In this document: positions 36,967 through 46,136 of the stretch, in pieces
Layout: every line of letters begins with the position of its first letter
How positions within the stretch are numbered: the stretch's first letter is position 1
Source of the DNA: an uncultured Candidatus Binatia bacterium
GTDB lineage: Bacteria > Desulfobacterota > Binatia > UBA9968 > JAJDTQ01
Direction: 5' to 3'
DNA: 64,000 bases
Assembly: GCA_965221155.1 (NCBI GenBank)
Contig: OZ244869.1
Location: forward strand, 4,519,790 to 4,583,789
Program-made: the position numbers and the translations under genes
Notes under the pieces: generated by a model
Database searches by the model: none
What the model was told of the DNA's origin: nothing
The model's input: the letters and a program-made list of their open reading frames with translations, nothing else

Positions 36967-37116
36967 ATGGACGCCGATGCCAAGAAGACCGCGCTGCGCA
37001 TGATCCCTTACGGACTGTACGTTTTGACCAGTGAAGCCAAGGATGGCCGGGTGGCCGCCGATGACGCCACCCTCCTGCTCAAGGACCTGGGAGAGAAGAC
37101 CTTTTACGGCGGTTGA
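36967..37116 (+). pseudogene. Probable remnant of a flavin-reductase-like (split-barrel) gene
   Basis: The 49-aa ORF has a strong RBS (AAGGAGGAAAGA) and begins KKTALRMIPYGLYVLTSEAKDGRVAA like flavin reductase N-termini. It then diverges and stops. The intact domain would be about 160 aa. Confidence 0.35.
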
Positions 37117-37190
37117 CGTCCGGAGCCGGGGAACCCTTAACGAACTGCGGGGATCCCCGGCAAAACCCGCTCCGGAAGCGGTGCACCATC

Positions 37191-38618
37191 ATGATCACCG
37201 AACGGCTTCTGGGCTCTTTGCGCGACATCGCGGGCGGCGACGGCGTCGTGTCGCATGCCACGGAGTTGAGCGTCTACGACTGCGACGGCTACACGCTGGA
37301 GAAGTCGGCGCCGGAAGTCGTGGTGTTGCCACGCTCCACCGAGGAGGTGGCCGCCGTTCTGAAGGAGCTGAAGGGCGAAGGGGTGCCGTTCGTGCCCCGC
37401 GGTACCGGCACCGGCCTGAGCGGCGGGTGCCTCCCGCTGGGAGCGCCGGTGATGGTGAGTCTGACCCGCATGAACCGCATCCTCGAGCTGGATCCGGCCA
37501 ACCGCCGCGCCGTGGTCGAGAGCGGGGTCGTCAATGCCTGGGTAAGCCGGGCGGCCAAGCCCCACGGGCTGCATTACGTGCCGGATCCTTCGAGCCAGAT
37601 GGCCTGCTCCATCGGCGGCAACGTGGCCGAGAACTCCGGCGGTCCCCACACGCTCAAGTACGGCGTCACCACCAACCATGTCCTCGGCGTGACCCTGGTC
37701 TTGCCGGACGGCGAGGTGGTCCGTCTCGGCGGCATGACCGAGGACACCCCGGGATACGACCTCCTCGGTGTCACGGTCGGCTCGGAAGGCACCTTCGGCA
37801 TCGTTACCGAAGCCATCCTCAAGCTGTATCCGCTGCCTCAGGGCTACAAGACGCTGCTGGCGGTTTTCGATTCCGTTGCCGACGGCAGCGCCGCGGTGGC
37901 GGGCATCGTCGCCAGCGGCATCGTTCCCGCTGCCCTGGAGATGCTGGACCGTCTCATTATCCAGGCGGTGGAAGACGCGTTCCACTTCGGTTTCCCCCGT
38001 GACGCGGGTGCGGTGCTGATCGCGGAGTTGGACGGCCTCCAGGGCGGCCTCGAGGGCGCTGCCGCCAGAATCCGCGAGGTGTGCGAGGCCCACGGCGCCA
38101 CCGAGATACGGGTCGCCCGGGACGACGACGAGCGCGACGCTCTGTGGAAGTGCCGCAAGCGGGCCTTCGGCGCCTTGGGGCGTCTGGCGCCCAACTTCTG
38201 CTGCCAGGACGGCGTGGTGCCGCCGACACGGTTGCCGGAGATCATGGAGCGCATCGCCGCCATCGGCGACGCCTACGACCTCCAAATCGGCAATGTCTTC
38301 CACGCCGGCGACGGTAACATCCATCCGATTCTTCTTTACGATGAACGAGACAGGGAGCAGACAGAGAGGGTGGTGGCCGCCGGCCGGGAGATCCTCCGGG
38401 AGTGCGTGGCCCTGGGGGGCAGTCTGACCGGTGAGCACGGTATCGGCGTCGAGAAAGTTGCGCTGATGCCGTTGATCTTCACGCCGGAGGACCTCAACGT
38501 GATGGAGGAGGTCCGTTCCGTGTTCGATCCCGAGGACCGTTGCAATCCCAACAAGATATTCCCGTCGGCGGAACAGCAGGTCGAGGTCCGCGCGCCGCGG
38601 CGTCAGGCGGCGATGTAG
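37191..38618 (+). CDS. glcD: FAD-linked oxidase, glycolate oxidase subunit GlcD-like
   Basis: FAD_binding_4 region (VVLPRSTEEVAAVLK..VPFVPRGTGTGLSGG) and C-terminal GGSLTGEHGIG. Followed by GlcE-like and GlcF-like genes. Confidence 0.85.
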   Translation: MITERLLGSLRDIAGGDGVVSHATELSVYDCDGYTLEKSAPEVVVLPRSTEEVAAVLKELKGEGVPFVPRGTGTGLSGGCLPLGAPVMVSLTRMNRILELDPANRRAVVESGVVNAWVSRAAKPHGLHYVPDPSSQMACSIGGNVAENSGGPHTLKYGVTTNHVLGVTLVLPDGEVVRLGGMTEDTPGYDLLGVTVGSEGTFGIVTEAILKLYPLPQGYKTLLAVFDSVADGSAAVAGIVASGIVPAALEMLDRLIIQAVEDAFHFGFPRDAGAVLIAELDGLQGGLEGAAARIREVCEAHGATEIRVARDDDERDALWKCRKRAFGALGRLAPNFCCQDGVVPPTRLPEIMERIAAIGDAYDLQIGNVFHAGDGNIHPILLYDERDREQTERVVAAGREILRECVALGGSLTGEHGIGVEKVALMPLIFTPEDLNVMEEVRSVFDPEDRCNPNKIFPSAEQQVEVRAPRRQAAM

Positions 38619-38659
38619 GGCCGGCATCGTGTTTTCGATGACTTGCCACGAGGATCCAT

Positions 38660-40006
38660 TTGGCAGCCGCTCAGAAGCAGGAAACCCTTCTTGAGCCCAC
38701 GCCCGATTGGGTCGGGTTCGACGACGACCTGCGAGAGTCCCCGGACACTCCGGAAACCGGGACGGCCGCGGACGTCGCCCGGTTCGCCATCGACGGCGTC
38801 CACCCGGAACGGGTGGTCTGCCCGACCTCGGTCCCGCAGGTCTGCGGGATCATGAAGATCGCGTCCGCGCGGGGTCTGGCCGTTGTGCCCGCGGGCTTCG
38901 GCGCCCACCTGGGCCTGGGCGCGGCTCCGCGACGGCCGTTTCTAGCGGTCTCTCTCGCGTCATTGAACGCGCTGGTGGACCACCAGCCCGCCAACATGAC
39001 TCTGACCGCGCAAGGCGGGATGACCCTCGCGCGGATTCAGGCCACGGCGGCAAGCAGCGGTCAGTGGTTGCCCGTGGATCCGCCTCTTGCCGCCGCCACC
39101 AGCGTGGGTGGCCTGATCGGCGCCAACCTGAGCGGTCCGTCCCGTTTCTCCCAGGGAACCGTCCGGGATCTGCTCATCGGCATCACGGTGGTGCGCGCCG
39201 ACGGTACGCTTGTCAAGAGCGGGGGCAGGGTGGTCAAGAACGTCGCCGGTTACGACCTGGGAAAGCTCTACTGCGGCTCCCTGGGCACCCTGGGCGTCAT
39301 CGTCGAGGCTACTTTCAAGCTGCGCACGTTGCCCGAGGCGAGGGCAGTGGCTCGCATCACCTGCCCGGAGACGACGCGGGTTGGGGAGTTGTTGGAGCGG
39401 ATTTTGACCGCGCCTCTGGAGCCCCTGTTCATCGATCTCTTGGCTGATGTTCCGGCTCGCGGTTCGGGTTGTGTGCTCCTGGTGGGGTTCGGCGGACCGA
39501 AGGGCGACGTGGACGATCAGACGGCCACGTTGAGATCGTTGGTGCACGGACAAGGGTTGGAGAGGCTCTCCGATGAGGACGCGGCCACGGTCATGGCGGA
39601 GTTGCGGGACTCCCGTGCCTTGGGGGAAGCGTTCCTGCAGCTCAAGGTGAGTCTGCTGCCTACCAAGGTGCCGTTCTTCATGGCAGCCTTGAAAGATGAG
39701 AATGAGAGATCGGGCTTGACGATGGCCGTTCAAGCCCATGCCGGCAACGGCATCATCCATGTGCGCGTGGAGCGCCCGGATGCGCGTGACCCGCGCGGTT
39801 TGGCGCGCCCCGTGGTTGAGGAGTTGCGGGCGGAAGCGGCTGCGCTCGGCGGCACCCTGGTGGTGGAGCGGGCTGCTCCGGACGTCAAGCCGGACCTCGA
39901 TCTCTGGGGCGGCGGGATCGAGGCCCTGGCATTGATGAAACAGATCAAACAGACCCTGGACCCCGAAAACATTCTTTCACCGGGAAGATTCGTCGGCGAA
40001 ATCTAG
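38660..40006 (+). CDS. glcE: FAD-binding oxidoreductase, glycolate oxidase subunit GlcE-like
   Basis: FAD-binding PCMH-type region (VVCPTSVPQVCGIMKIA...VVPAGFGAH; KNVAGYDL). It sits between the glcD-like and glcF-like genes. The N-terminal extent is uncertain. Confidence 0.75.
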   Translation: MAAAQKQETLLEPTPDWVGFDDDLRESPDTPETGTAADVARFAIDGVHPERVVCPTSVPQVCGIMKIASARGLAVVPAGFGAHLGLGAAPRRPFLAVSLASLNALVDHQPANMTLTAQGGMTLARIQATAASSGQWLPVDPPLAAATSVGGLIGANLSGPSRFSQGTVRDLLIGITVVRADGTLVKSGGRVVKNVAGYDLGKLYCGSLGTLGVIVEATFKLRTLPEARAVARITCPETTRVGELLERILTAPLEPLFIDLLADVPARGSGCVLLVGFGGPKGDVDDQTATLRSLVHGQGLERLSDEDAATVMAELRDSRALGEAFLQLKVSLLPTKVPFFMAALKDENERSGLTMAVQAHAGNGIIHVRVERPDARDPRGLARPVVEELRAEAAALGGTLVVERAAPDVKPDLDLWGGGIEALALMKQIKQTLDPENILSPGRFVGEI

Positions 40007-40021
40007 TGTGTCGAGTTAAAG

Positions 40022-41299
40022 ATGCCAGGTCAAGTCGCTGATTTCGAAAGCTCGGGTAACTGTATCCATTGCGGGCTCTGCGTCGCATCGTGCCCCACGT
40101 TCCTTGAGCTGGGGACGGAAATGGACTCGCCACGGGGGCGGATCCAGCTCATGCGCTCGATTGACCAGGGCACGGTGCCCCTGGACGACATGAGCGTCAG
40201 GCACCTGGACCTTTGCCTCGGCTGCCGGGCGTGTGAGACCACGTGCCCGTCGGGAGTCCTCTACGGTGCGCTCATCGAGGGCGCGCGTCATTTCATCGAG
40301 TCCCGTCACCGCCGGTCCTGGCCGGACCGTGCGAAACGCTGGCTGGTGAACCGGACGTTTCCCAATCCCGCAATCATGCGAGCGTTCGGATGGGCCGCGC
40401 GGTTAATGACGCGGCTGGGTCTCCATCGGCTGGCGCGTTCGCGCGTGTTGCCGGAGGCGATCCGCGGGTTGCTGCGCTACCTTCCGGACCGGGAGACTGC
40501 CTTCCGGTCGGTGCGTCTTCCCGAACGGACCGCCCCGCCAGGCGAATCCCGCCATCGCGTGGGCCTGCTGGCCGGTTGCGTCATGCAGAGCCTTTTCGGC
40601 GACACCCATACGAGCACGGTCGAACTACTGGCGCAGCACGGCTGCGAGGTGCGAGTGCCCGCGGGCGCTGGCTGCTGCGGCGCCCTGTTGTTGCACAACG
40701 GCGCCCGGGAGCGGGGTCTGGAGCTCGCGCGCCGCACTATTGCCGCCTTCGACGCGCTGGAGCTCGATGCCGTGTTGACCAACGCGGCCGGGTGCGGCGC
40801 GGCCATGCGGGAATACGGTGAGCGTTTCAAGGACGACCCCGCGCTCCGGCCAGCCGCGGAGCGCGTTGCCGCAAAGGTGAGGGATGTGGCAGAGTTCCTT
40901 CATGGGCTGCCTGATTTCCGCCCCGAGAAGAGCCTGAACGTCAGGGTGGCCTACCACGACGCATGCCATCTGCTGAACGGGCAAGGCGTGCAGGCGCAAC
41001 CGCGGCAGCTCCTCAGGAGTATCCCGGGAGTCGAGTTGGTGGACTTGCACGAGGCCGAGGTGTGCTGCGGCAGCGCCGGGAGCTACAACCTGACGGAGCC
41101 GGAGCTGGCCGGCAGGCTGGCCGCGCGAAAGGCCAGGAACGTGGTGGCGACGGGCGCGGAGGTCCTGGTCACTGGAAACCCGGGCTGCATCCTCCAGATC
41201 AGGGCGGCGCTCCGGGATCAGGGCTCGTCCATCCGGGTCATGCATACGGCGGACTTCCTGGCCGAGGCGTATACCAAAGGCGCGGCGGACCGGCGCTGA
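40022..41299 (+). CDS. glcF: Glycolate oxidase iron-sulfur subunit GlcF-like
   Basis: Two 4Fe-4S motifs (CIHCGLCVASCP, CLGCRACETTCP) followed by two CCG-type Cys-rich repeats. Confidence 0.85.
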   Translation: MPGQVADFESSGNCIHCGLCVASCPTFLELGTEMDSPRGRIQLMRSIDQGTVPLDDMSVRHLDLCLGCRACETTCPSGVLYGALIEGARHFIESRHRRSWPDRAKRWLVNRTFPNPAIMRAFGWAARLMTRLGLHRLARSRVLPEAIRGLLRYLPDRETAFRSVRLPERTAPPGESRHRVGLLAGCVMQSLFGDTHTSTVELLAQHGCEVRVPAGAGCCGALLLHNGARERGLELARRTIAAFDALELDAVLTNAAGCGAAMREYGERFKDDPALRPAAERVAAKVRDVAEFLHGLPDFRPEKSLNVRVAYHDACHLLNGQGVQAQPRQLLRSIPGVELVDLHEAEVCCGSAGSYNLTEPELAGRLAARKARNVVATGAEVLVTGNPGCILQIRAALRDQGSSIRVMHTADFLAEAYTKGAADRR

Positions 41300-41327
41300 G
41301 ACGGCCCGCCGGGAACGGAGACATCCC

Positions 41328-42467
41328 ATGGCGAGAGACGGCTTGAGGATACTCGACAGCGACATGCACGTGTTCGAGCCCCACGACCTCTACCTCAACT
41401 ACATGAACCCCAAGTGGGGTGACCGCATTCCCCGCGGCGAGCCGCGGGAAGGACGCGAGGACAAGGGACTCACGCGCCATGGAATGACGCGTTATGTTCT
41501 GGGCGACGGCAGCCCCATCCGGACCCCGGGCAAGGTCGTGAGTTTTCACGAGAAGCGCCAGAAGGACGCGTACACCCGGCCCGCCAGCCAGAACTACAAC
41601 AACGTCTCGCAGATCGAAGCCATGGACGAGGAAGGACTGGACGTGGCCGTCCAGTTCCGGACCTCGCCGCTGCATACCAACGAGGACTTTGAGCCCGAGT
41701 ACGCCAACGACCTTTGCAAGGCCTGGAACGAGTGGATGCGGGACTTCTGCAGCGCCGATCCGTCGCGGCTCAAGGGTTCGGCCTTGATCACGCTGCACGA
41801 CGTGGAGCTTGCCGTCCAGGAAGCTCGGCGCTCGGTAAAGGAACTGGGCGCGGTGGGGCTGTCCCTCTGCCCGGAGCCCATCAACGGGCGCCACATCCAC
41901 GACCGGGAGTTCGATGCGCTGTGGGCCGAGGCCGTGGACCTCGACGTGCCCATCTGCTTCCATCCGCCGGCCCGTCCCAACCAGGTGCAGGTGTCCCGCC
42001 GCTTCGAGGGGCATCCGAATGAACAACTGCTGGTCAATCCCCTGCGCAATCCCGTGGAGCTGATTCTGGCCGTAAGCGCATTCTGCGCCAGCGGGGTGCT
42101 GGAGAAATTTCCCAAGCTGCGGGTAGCCTTCCTCGAGGGTAACTGTAGCTGGCTGCCGTGGTTGCTGTACCGCCTGGACGAGTACTGTGAGCTCCAGGGG
42201 GCCATGGCGGAAATCCCGCTGCGAAAGAAGCCCAGCGAGTACTTCCGCGACCAATGCTTCATCTCCGCGGATGTGGACGAGGGGCTGGTGGTCAGCGTCA
42301 TTGACTACCTGGGCGACGACAACATCGTCTTCTCCACCGACTACCCGCACATCGACTCCCGCTGGCCCGAGGCCGTCTCTACCTTCACGTCGTTGCCCGG
42401 CCTCAAGAAGGAGTCCCTGGAGAAAATTTTCTGGACCAACTGCGCGCGGCTGTACGGAGTGGAGTAG
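41328..42467 (+). CDS. Amidohydrolase_2 family protein
   Basis: LDSDMHVFEP ... STDYPHID ... WTNCARLYGVE. Paralogue of 53834-54949. Confidence 0.8.
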   Translation: MARDGLRILDSDMHVFEPHDLYLNYMNPKWGDRIPRGEPREGREDKGLTRHGMTRYVLGDGSPIRTPGKVVSFHEKRQKDAYTRPASQNYNNVSQIEAMDEEGLDVAVQFRTSPLHTNEDFEPEYANDLCKAWNEWMRDFCSADPSRLKGSALITLHDVELAVQEARRSVKELGAVGLSLCPEPINGRHIHDREFDALWAEAVDLDVPICFHPPARPNQVQVSRRFEGHPNEQLLVNPLRNPVELILAVSAFCASGVLEKFPKLRVAFLEGNCSWLPWLLYRLDEYCELQGAMAEIPLRKKPSEYFRDQCFISADVDEGLVVSVIDYLGDDNIVFSTDYPHIDSRWPEAVSTFTSLPGLKKESLEKIFWTNCARLYGVE

Positions 42468-42548
42468 GGCGGCACGAACACCATGAACACCCGACGTCCG
42501 GCCATGTCTCGGCCGGGCCATGTCTCGGTCATCCCGGGCCACCTCTCC

Positions 42549-42577
42549 GTCATCCCGGGCTTGACCCGGGATCCAGG
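42549..42577. repeat. REP-C stem-variant unit (GTCATCCCGGGCTTGACCCGGGATCCAGG)
   Basis: Same GTCAT...ATCCAGG flanks as REP-C, but with a different self-complementary stem (CCCGGG/CCCGGG). Preceded by short direct repeats at 42501-42548. Confidence 0.6.
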
Positions 42578-42628
42578 CATTGAGGCGCCGGCCTGACGGT
42601 TCCACCAGCATAGGACGAGGTAACACCG

Positions 42629-44011
42629 ATGACGCAGCAGAACGTAGTCTGGAATCCCCCCGCCGAGGTGCCGCGAGAGCAGTGTCTGGCGGACTCCACC
42701 ACGGTGTTGGCGATGCCCGACATTCCCTTCAAGGAATACGAGGATCTGGTCCGCATCCGGGCGGTAGGGATGGAATGGGACATCGGCGCACAGATCTACG
42801 AGCCGGAAGACCCCGGAAGGATCCTCGTGGGCGCGGACGGGCGGAAGGCGGGGGCCTACCTCCTGTCGGGCGGTGACGGCGACTTCAAAACCATGGCGCC
42901 GGTGGCGCGGCTTCTGGCCGGCAAGTTCGGGTTCAAGGTCGCCACAATGACCTATCCGGGGCGTCTCTATCTGGACGACCTGTCTCGGAATTGGCCCGGG
43001 GACACCATCAACCCGGACGGCACCATTCGTACGCCCATCTGGCTCAGCGGCGAGCACATCACTCCGGACCAGTACGAGGTGGTGAAGGACAGCTCCATCC
43101 GCGAACGCTACGGCACCCGCACCGTGCTTCACGCCAAGCCCGGCACGACCTTCTGGTACCGTATGGCGGGCTGGCCCGCGGCCTTCGAGGAGGGCGGCAA
43201 GCAGGTGATGGCGCGCAACCTGCCGGACGGTGAATACTCGATCTATGTCCACGGCCATTCCACCGGCGGCCCGTTCGTCTTCATGCTGTCCCAGCGCGTG
43301 CCCAACGTCGCCGGCGTCATGGCCGTGGAGAACTCCTCTTTCGGCTTCATCAACGAGGCCAAGCTGGCGGTCACCGGCTCCCTCGGCGCCATCGGCGACT
43401 ACGAGAGGCGGGTTACCGAAACCAAGCGCGTCGATCCCTTCTATGAGCTCTACATCCGCACATGGCGCGACAAGGCCCGCTATATCGGGCCGGAGAAGCT
43501 CGGCCAGGACGGGCCCGTGGCTCTCATGCGGCTGCCGCTGGTCATCGAGGAGGTCATGGCGGCCTGGGAAGCCGCCAAGACCCAGCCCCAGTTCAAGTGC
43601 GAGTACATCGTCAGCATGAACATCGAGCCGTCGCTGGAGGAGGCCGCGCGGGTCGCGGCCGGGCAGCTGGGCCTCGACAAGAACGGCACCGAAGCGCTGG
43701 TGCGGCAGTACCTGGACTACGGGCGGGAGCTCCAGGGCCCCGATGTCAAACCGGTGCCGCCGATCCTTTTCTGCGTCACCAAGGACAGCCGCGACCACAC
43801 GGCTGACGGCTACCGGAGCATGGTGATGCCCATGTTCGCCCGCATGGAGCCGGCGCCCAAGACCGCGTTGATGCACTTCCAGGCAGGCGTCCATTCCTAC
43901 TGGACGCCGGAGACGGACTTGCCGGCGGGGGTGGCGCCGGGCGTCGCCAAGACGTGGCACGATGCCGTCGCCGGCGGCTACTTCCTGCCCGGGAACGGCG
44001 GCAACGGCTGA
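42629..44011 (+). CDS. Hypothetical alpha/beta-hydrolase-like protein
   Basis: 460 aa. Nucleophile elbow VHGHSTGGP in a beta-strand context. No other family is recognisable. Confidence 0.5.
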   Translation: MTQQNVVWNPPAEVPREQCLADSTTVLAMPDIPFKEYEDLVRIRAVGMEWDIGAQIYEPEDPGRILVGADGRKAGAYLLSGGDGDFKTMAPVARLLAGKFGFKVATMTYPGRLYLDDLSRNWPGDTINPDGTIRTPIWLSGEHITPDQYEVVKDSSIRERYGTRTVLHAKPGTTFWYRMAGWPAAFEEGGKQVMARNLPDGEYSIYVHGHSTGGPFVFMLSQRVPNVAGVMAVENSSFGFINEAKLAVTGSLGAIGDYERRVTETKRVDPFYELYIRTWRDKARYIGPEKLGQDGPVALMRLPLVIEEVMAAWEAAKTQPQFKCEYIVSMNIEPSLEEAARVAAGQLGLDKNGTEALVRQYLDYGRELQGPDVKPVPPILFCVTKDSRDHTADGYRSMVMPMFARMEPAPKTALMHFQAGVHSYWTPETDLPAGVAPGVAKTWHDAVAGGYFLPGNGGNG

Positions 44012-44112
44012 TGTCCGGCGAAGCCGCGAAGTTGGAATACACGACTCAACACCAGCGTTGCACCTTGGCGGGTGGTGAGCGTATTCTTTGACCGTGGCAT
44101 GAAAGGAAAGTT

Positions 44113-44313
44113 GTGAAACTGCATGTCGATAAGGACGCCGACGCGCTGTACCTGCGCCTCGACGACTCCACCATCGCCGATTCCGAAGAGGTCTCACCGG
44201 GCGTGGTGCTCGATTACAATGAGTCGAACGAGGTAGTGGGCGTGGAAATGCGCTACCTCTCGAAACGTTCTTCCAGGCTGAAACTCTCTGCGCTGGAATT
44301 CGAGACCGTTTAA
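44113..44313 (+). CDS. DUF2283-domain protein (putative orphan antitoxin)
   Basis: 66 aa. MKLHVDKDADALYLRLDDS......V..GVVLDYNESNEVVGVEM is characteristic of DUF2283. No DUF4258-like partner is adjacent. Confidence 0.7.
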   Translation: MKLHVDKDADALYLRLDDSTIADSEEVSPGVVLDYNESNEVVGVEMRYLSKRSSRLKLSALEFETV

Positions 44314-44397
44314 CCCCTGATCCAACAAGAACAGGAGTCAGAGTACAAGGTTACGTCTCGTCGCCGACGGTGTCCGTTCTCTAGCCGGTTCGAAGGG

Positions 44398-45351
44398 GTG
44401 TCTGTGACCACGCTGATTACCGGTTCAGGACTCGTCGGGACGTCCTTCGCCCAGGTCGCTCGGCGAAGACGCGCCCGGTTGGTCTTCTATGACGTGCAAC
44501 CTCACGGAGAATTCCTCAAGAGAAAACTGCCGGGAGCCGACGTTGCCTTCGTCCAGGGAGACATTCTGGATCTCCCCGCGCTGTTGCACACGACCAGGCA
44601 ATACGGCGTGGACACCGTGGTACACACTGCGGGTCTGGTCGGCCCCAAGGTCGCGGAAGCGCCCTACACCGGCGTCCGGATCAATGTCATGGGAACCATC
44701 AACGTCCTCGAAGCCGTGCGGCTCTCCGGCGTGAGGCGGCTGGTGCACATCAGCTCCCTCAGCGTCTACGACCAGCGCCGCGACTGCCCCGCGCCCTTGT
44801 GGGAGGCCTTTCCCCGTGGCAACGGCCGGCTGTACGACAACACCAAAGTAGCCAAGGAACTCATGGTCGAGGCATACCAGCGTCTTTACGGCTTCGAGGT
44901 CGTCGTCCTCCGCCTGGCAAAGCTCTATGGCCTCGGCCACTTCCAGGGCGGCTCCGCCGGCGGCCGCCTCATCCAGACCCTGGTGCAATGCGGCCTGCGT
45001 GGGGAGGTGGCACGTGTGCCCCGGCCTCTGACCACGGACTTCGAGTACGTCTACGCCAAGGACGTGGGCCGTGCCGTCGACGTAGCCGCCACCATTCCTC
45101 TGCCGAAAGAGACCTGCTTCAACATCGGGAGCGGCGAGGTGTTGACGTTCGACGAGCTTACGCGGGCCATTAGGGAAGTCCTCCCGGAATTGGAAGTGGA
45201 GATCCTGCCCGGGCCACCGCCCGGAGTTCAGGTGAAACAGCCCATTGACTGCTCCAAAGCCAGAGACCTGCTCGGATGGGAGCCGCGGTACACGATGGAG
45301 GAAGCATTCAGGGACTATGTGGCGGATCTGGAAGACGTGGCGGGCCGGTAA
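44398..45351 (+). CDS. NAD-dependent epimerase/dehydratase (extended SDR)
   Basis: Rossmann motif ITGSGLVGTSFA and YDNTK catalytic motif. Paralogue at 57533-58483. Confidence 0.8.
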   Translation: MSVTTLITGSGLVGTSFAQVARRRRARLVFYDVQPHGEFLKRKLPGADVAFVQGDILDLPALLHTTRQYGVDTVVHTAGLVGPKVAEAPYTGVRINVMGTINVLEAVRLSGVRRLVHISSLSVYDQRRDCPAPLWEAFPRGNGRLYDNTKVAKELMVEAYQRLYGFEVVVLRLAKLYGLGHFQGGSAGGRLIQTLVQCGLRGEVARVPRPLTTDFEYVYAKDVGRAVDVAATIPLPKETCFNIGSGEVLTFDELTRAIREVLPELEVEILPGPPPGVQVKQPIDCSKARDLLGWEPRYTMEEAFRDYVADLEDVAGR

Positions 45352-45369
45352 CCAGGGTTCATTTCCCAC

Positions 45370-45449
45370 GTAGGTCGGATTGGCGAAGCGTAATCCGACA
45401 CTGGGACACAGTACGATGTCGGGTGACCCCTTCGGCCAACCCGACCTAC
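45370..45449. repeat. REP-B inverted dimer
   Basis: GTAGGTCGGATTGGCGAAGCGTAATCCGAC ... GTCGGGTGACCCCTTCGGCCAACCCGACCTAC. Its terminal CTA (45446-45448) is the TAG stop of the ParD-like gene. Confidence 0.85.
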
Positions 45450-45706
45450 AAGGGAACCTTGTTCCTCGCAGTGACGTCCGAAGCCGAGAGGGGATGGAAC
45501 GAGGCATCCGGCGTTGCGAAAGCAAGTTCGAGTTCTGCCTTGAGGCGGTCGAAAGCCTGCCGTTCCCACCGCTCTTTGTCCCGCCGGATTAGATCGCGGA
45601 TGTATTCGTTGACGTTCGCGTAGGCCCCGTTCTCACCGACATTTGCCGAGACGAAGTCGCCGAGCGCCCCGTTGAGGCGAACCGTCACCGTTTTCGTGTG
45701 TGGCAT
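45446..45706 (-). CDS. ParD/CopG-type (CC2985-like) antitoxin, orphan
   Basis: 86 aa. TVRLNGALGDFVSANVGENGAYANVNEYIRDLIRRDKER is typical of ParD-family antitoxins. The position where parE would lie is occupied by REP-B. Confidence 0.7.
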   Translation of the reverse strand: MPHTKTVTVRLNGALGDFVSANVGENGAYANVNEYIRDLIRRDKERWERQAFDRLKAELELAFATPDASFHPLSASDVTARNKVPL

Positions 45707-45834
45707 GGCTAGTGCTCTTCCATCCCGTAACGTCCTGACTTTATGGCCTTTGCGCAGGAGTATGTTAAAGATGGGTTGACGATGCAACTGCGGATGCACG
45801 TTGCAGGTCTCCAGGTAGGTGAGGAGAAAGCACA

Positions 45835-46136
45835 ATGTCGAGCCTGAAGAGAGTCGAGATCAAGGGCTTTCGATCCATCAAGGAGATGACGCTGGATCTC
45901 CGGCCTCTCAATGTCTTGATCGGTGCCAACGGAGCAGGGAAGAGCTGGCCCGTCTACGCTTCTTCGTCGAGGGTCCAACAGAACAGACGTTCGCGGACAC
46001 CCTCTTGAAGCGCCATTTGGCGAACTTCGGGGCTGAGACTATTGGCTTGGAGAATCTCCGGTCCAAGTGTCCTCACTTCAAAAGATGGATTGAGCGACTT
46101 GAGAAACTCGGAGCGGAGTCCCTCCGGGAGCCATGA
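45835..46136 (+). pseudogene. Collapsed remnant of an AAA/ABC-type ATPase gene plus a DUF4276 (Toprim/OLD-like) gene
   Basis: Frame 1 reads MSSLKRVEIKGFRSIKEMTLDLRPLNVLIGANGAGKS (Walker A) and then breaks. Frame 0 from about 45950 reads RLRFFVEGPTEQTFADTLLKRHL (DUF4276 N-terminus) joined to CPHFKRWIERLEKL (DUF4276 C-terminus). Confidence 0.6.

Noticed and set aside
42341-44197. 618-aa minus-strand ORF antisense to the alpha/beta-hydrolase-like gene
   Set aside because: It is the same kind of antisense long ORF. The plus-strand frame has a nucleophile elbow and normal composition. The antisense ORFs at 5681-6883, 19577-20728, 20818-21999, 21875-23017, 24447-25508, 37137-38627, 41238-42626, 53723-54973, 57386-58489 and 58542-59855 were rejected for the same reason.
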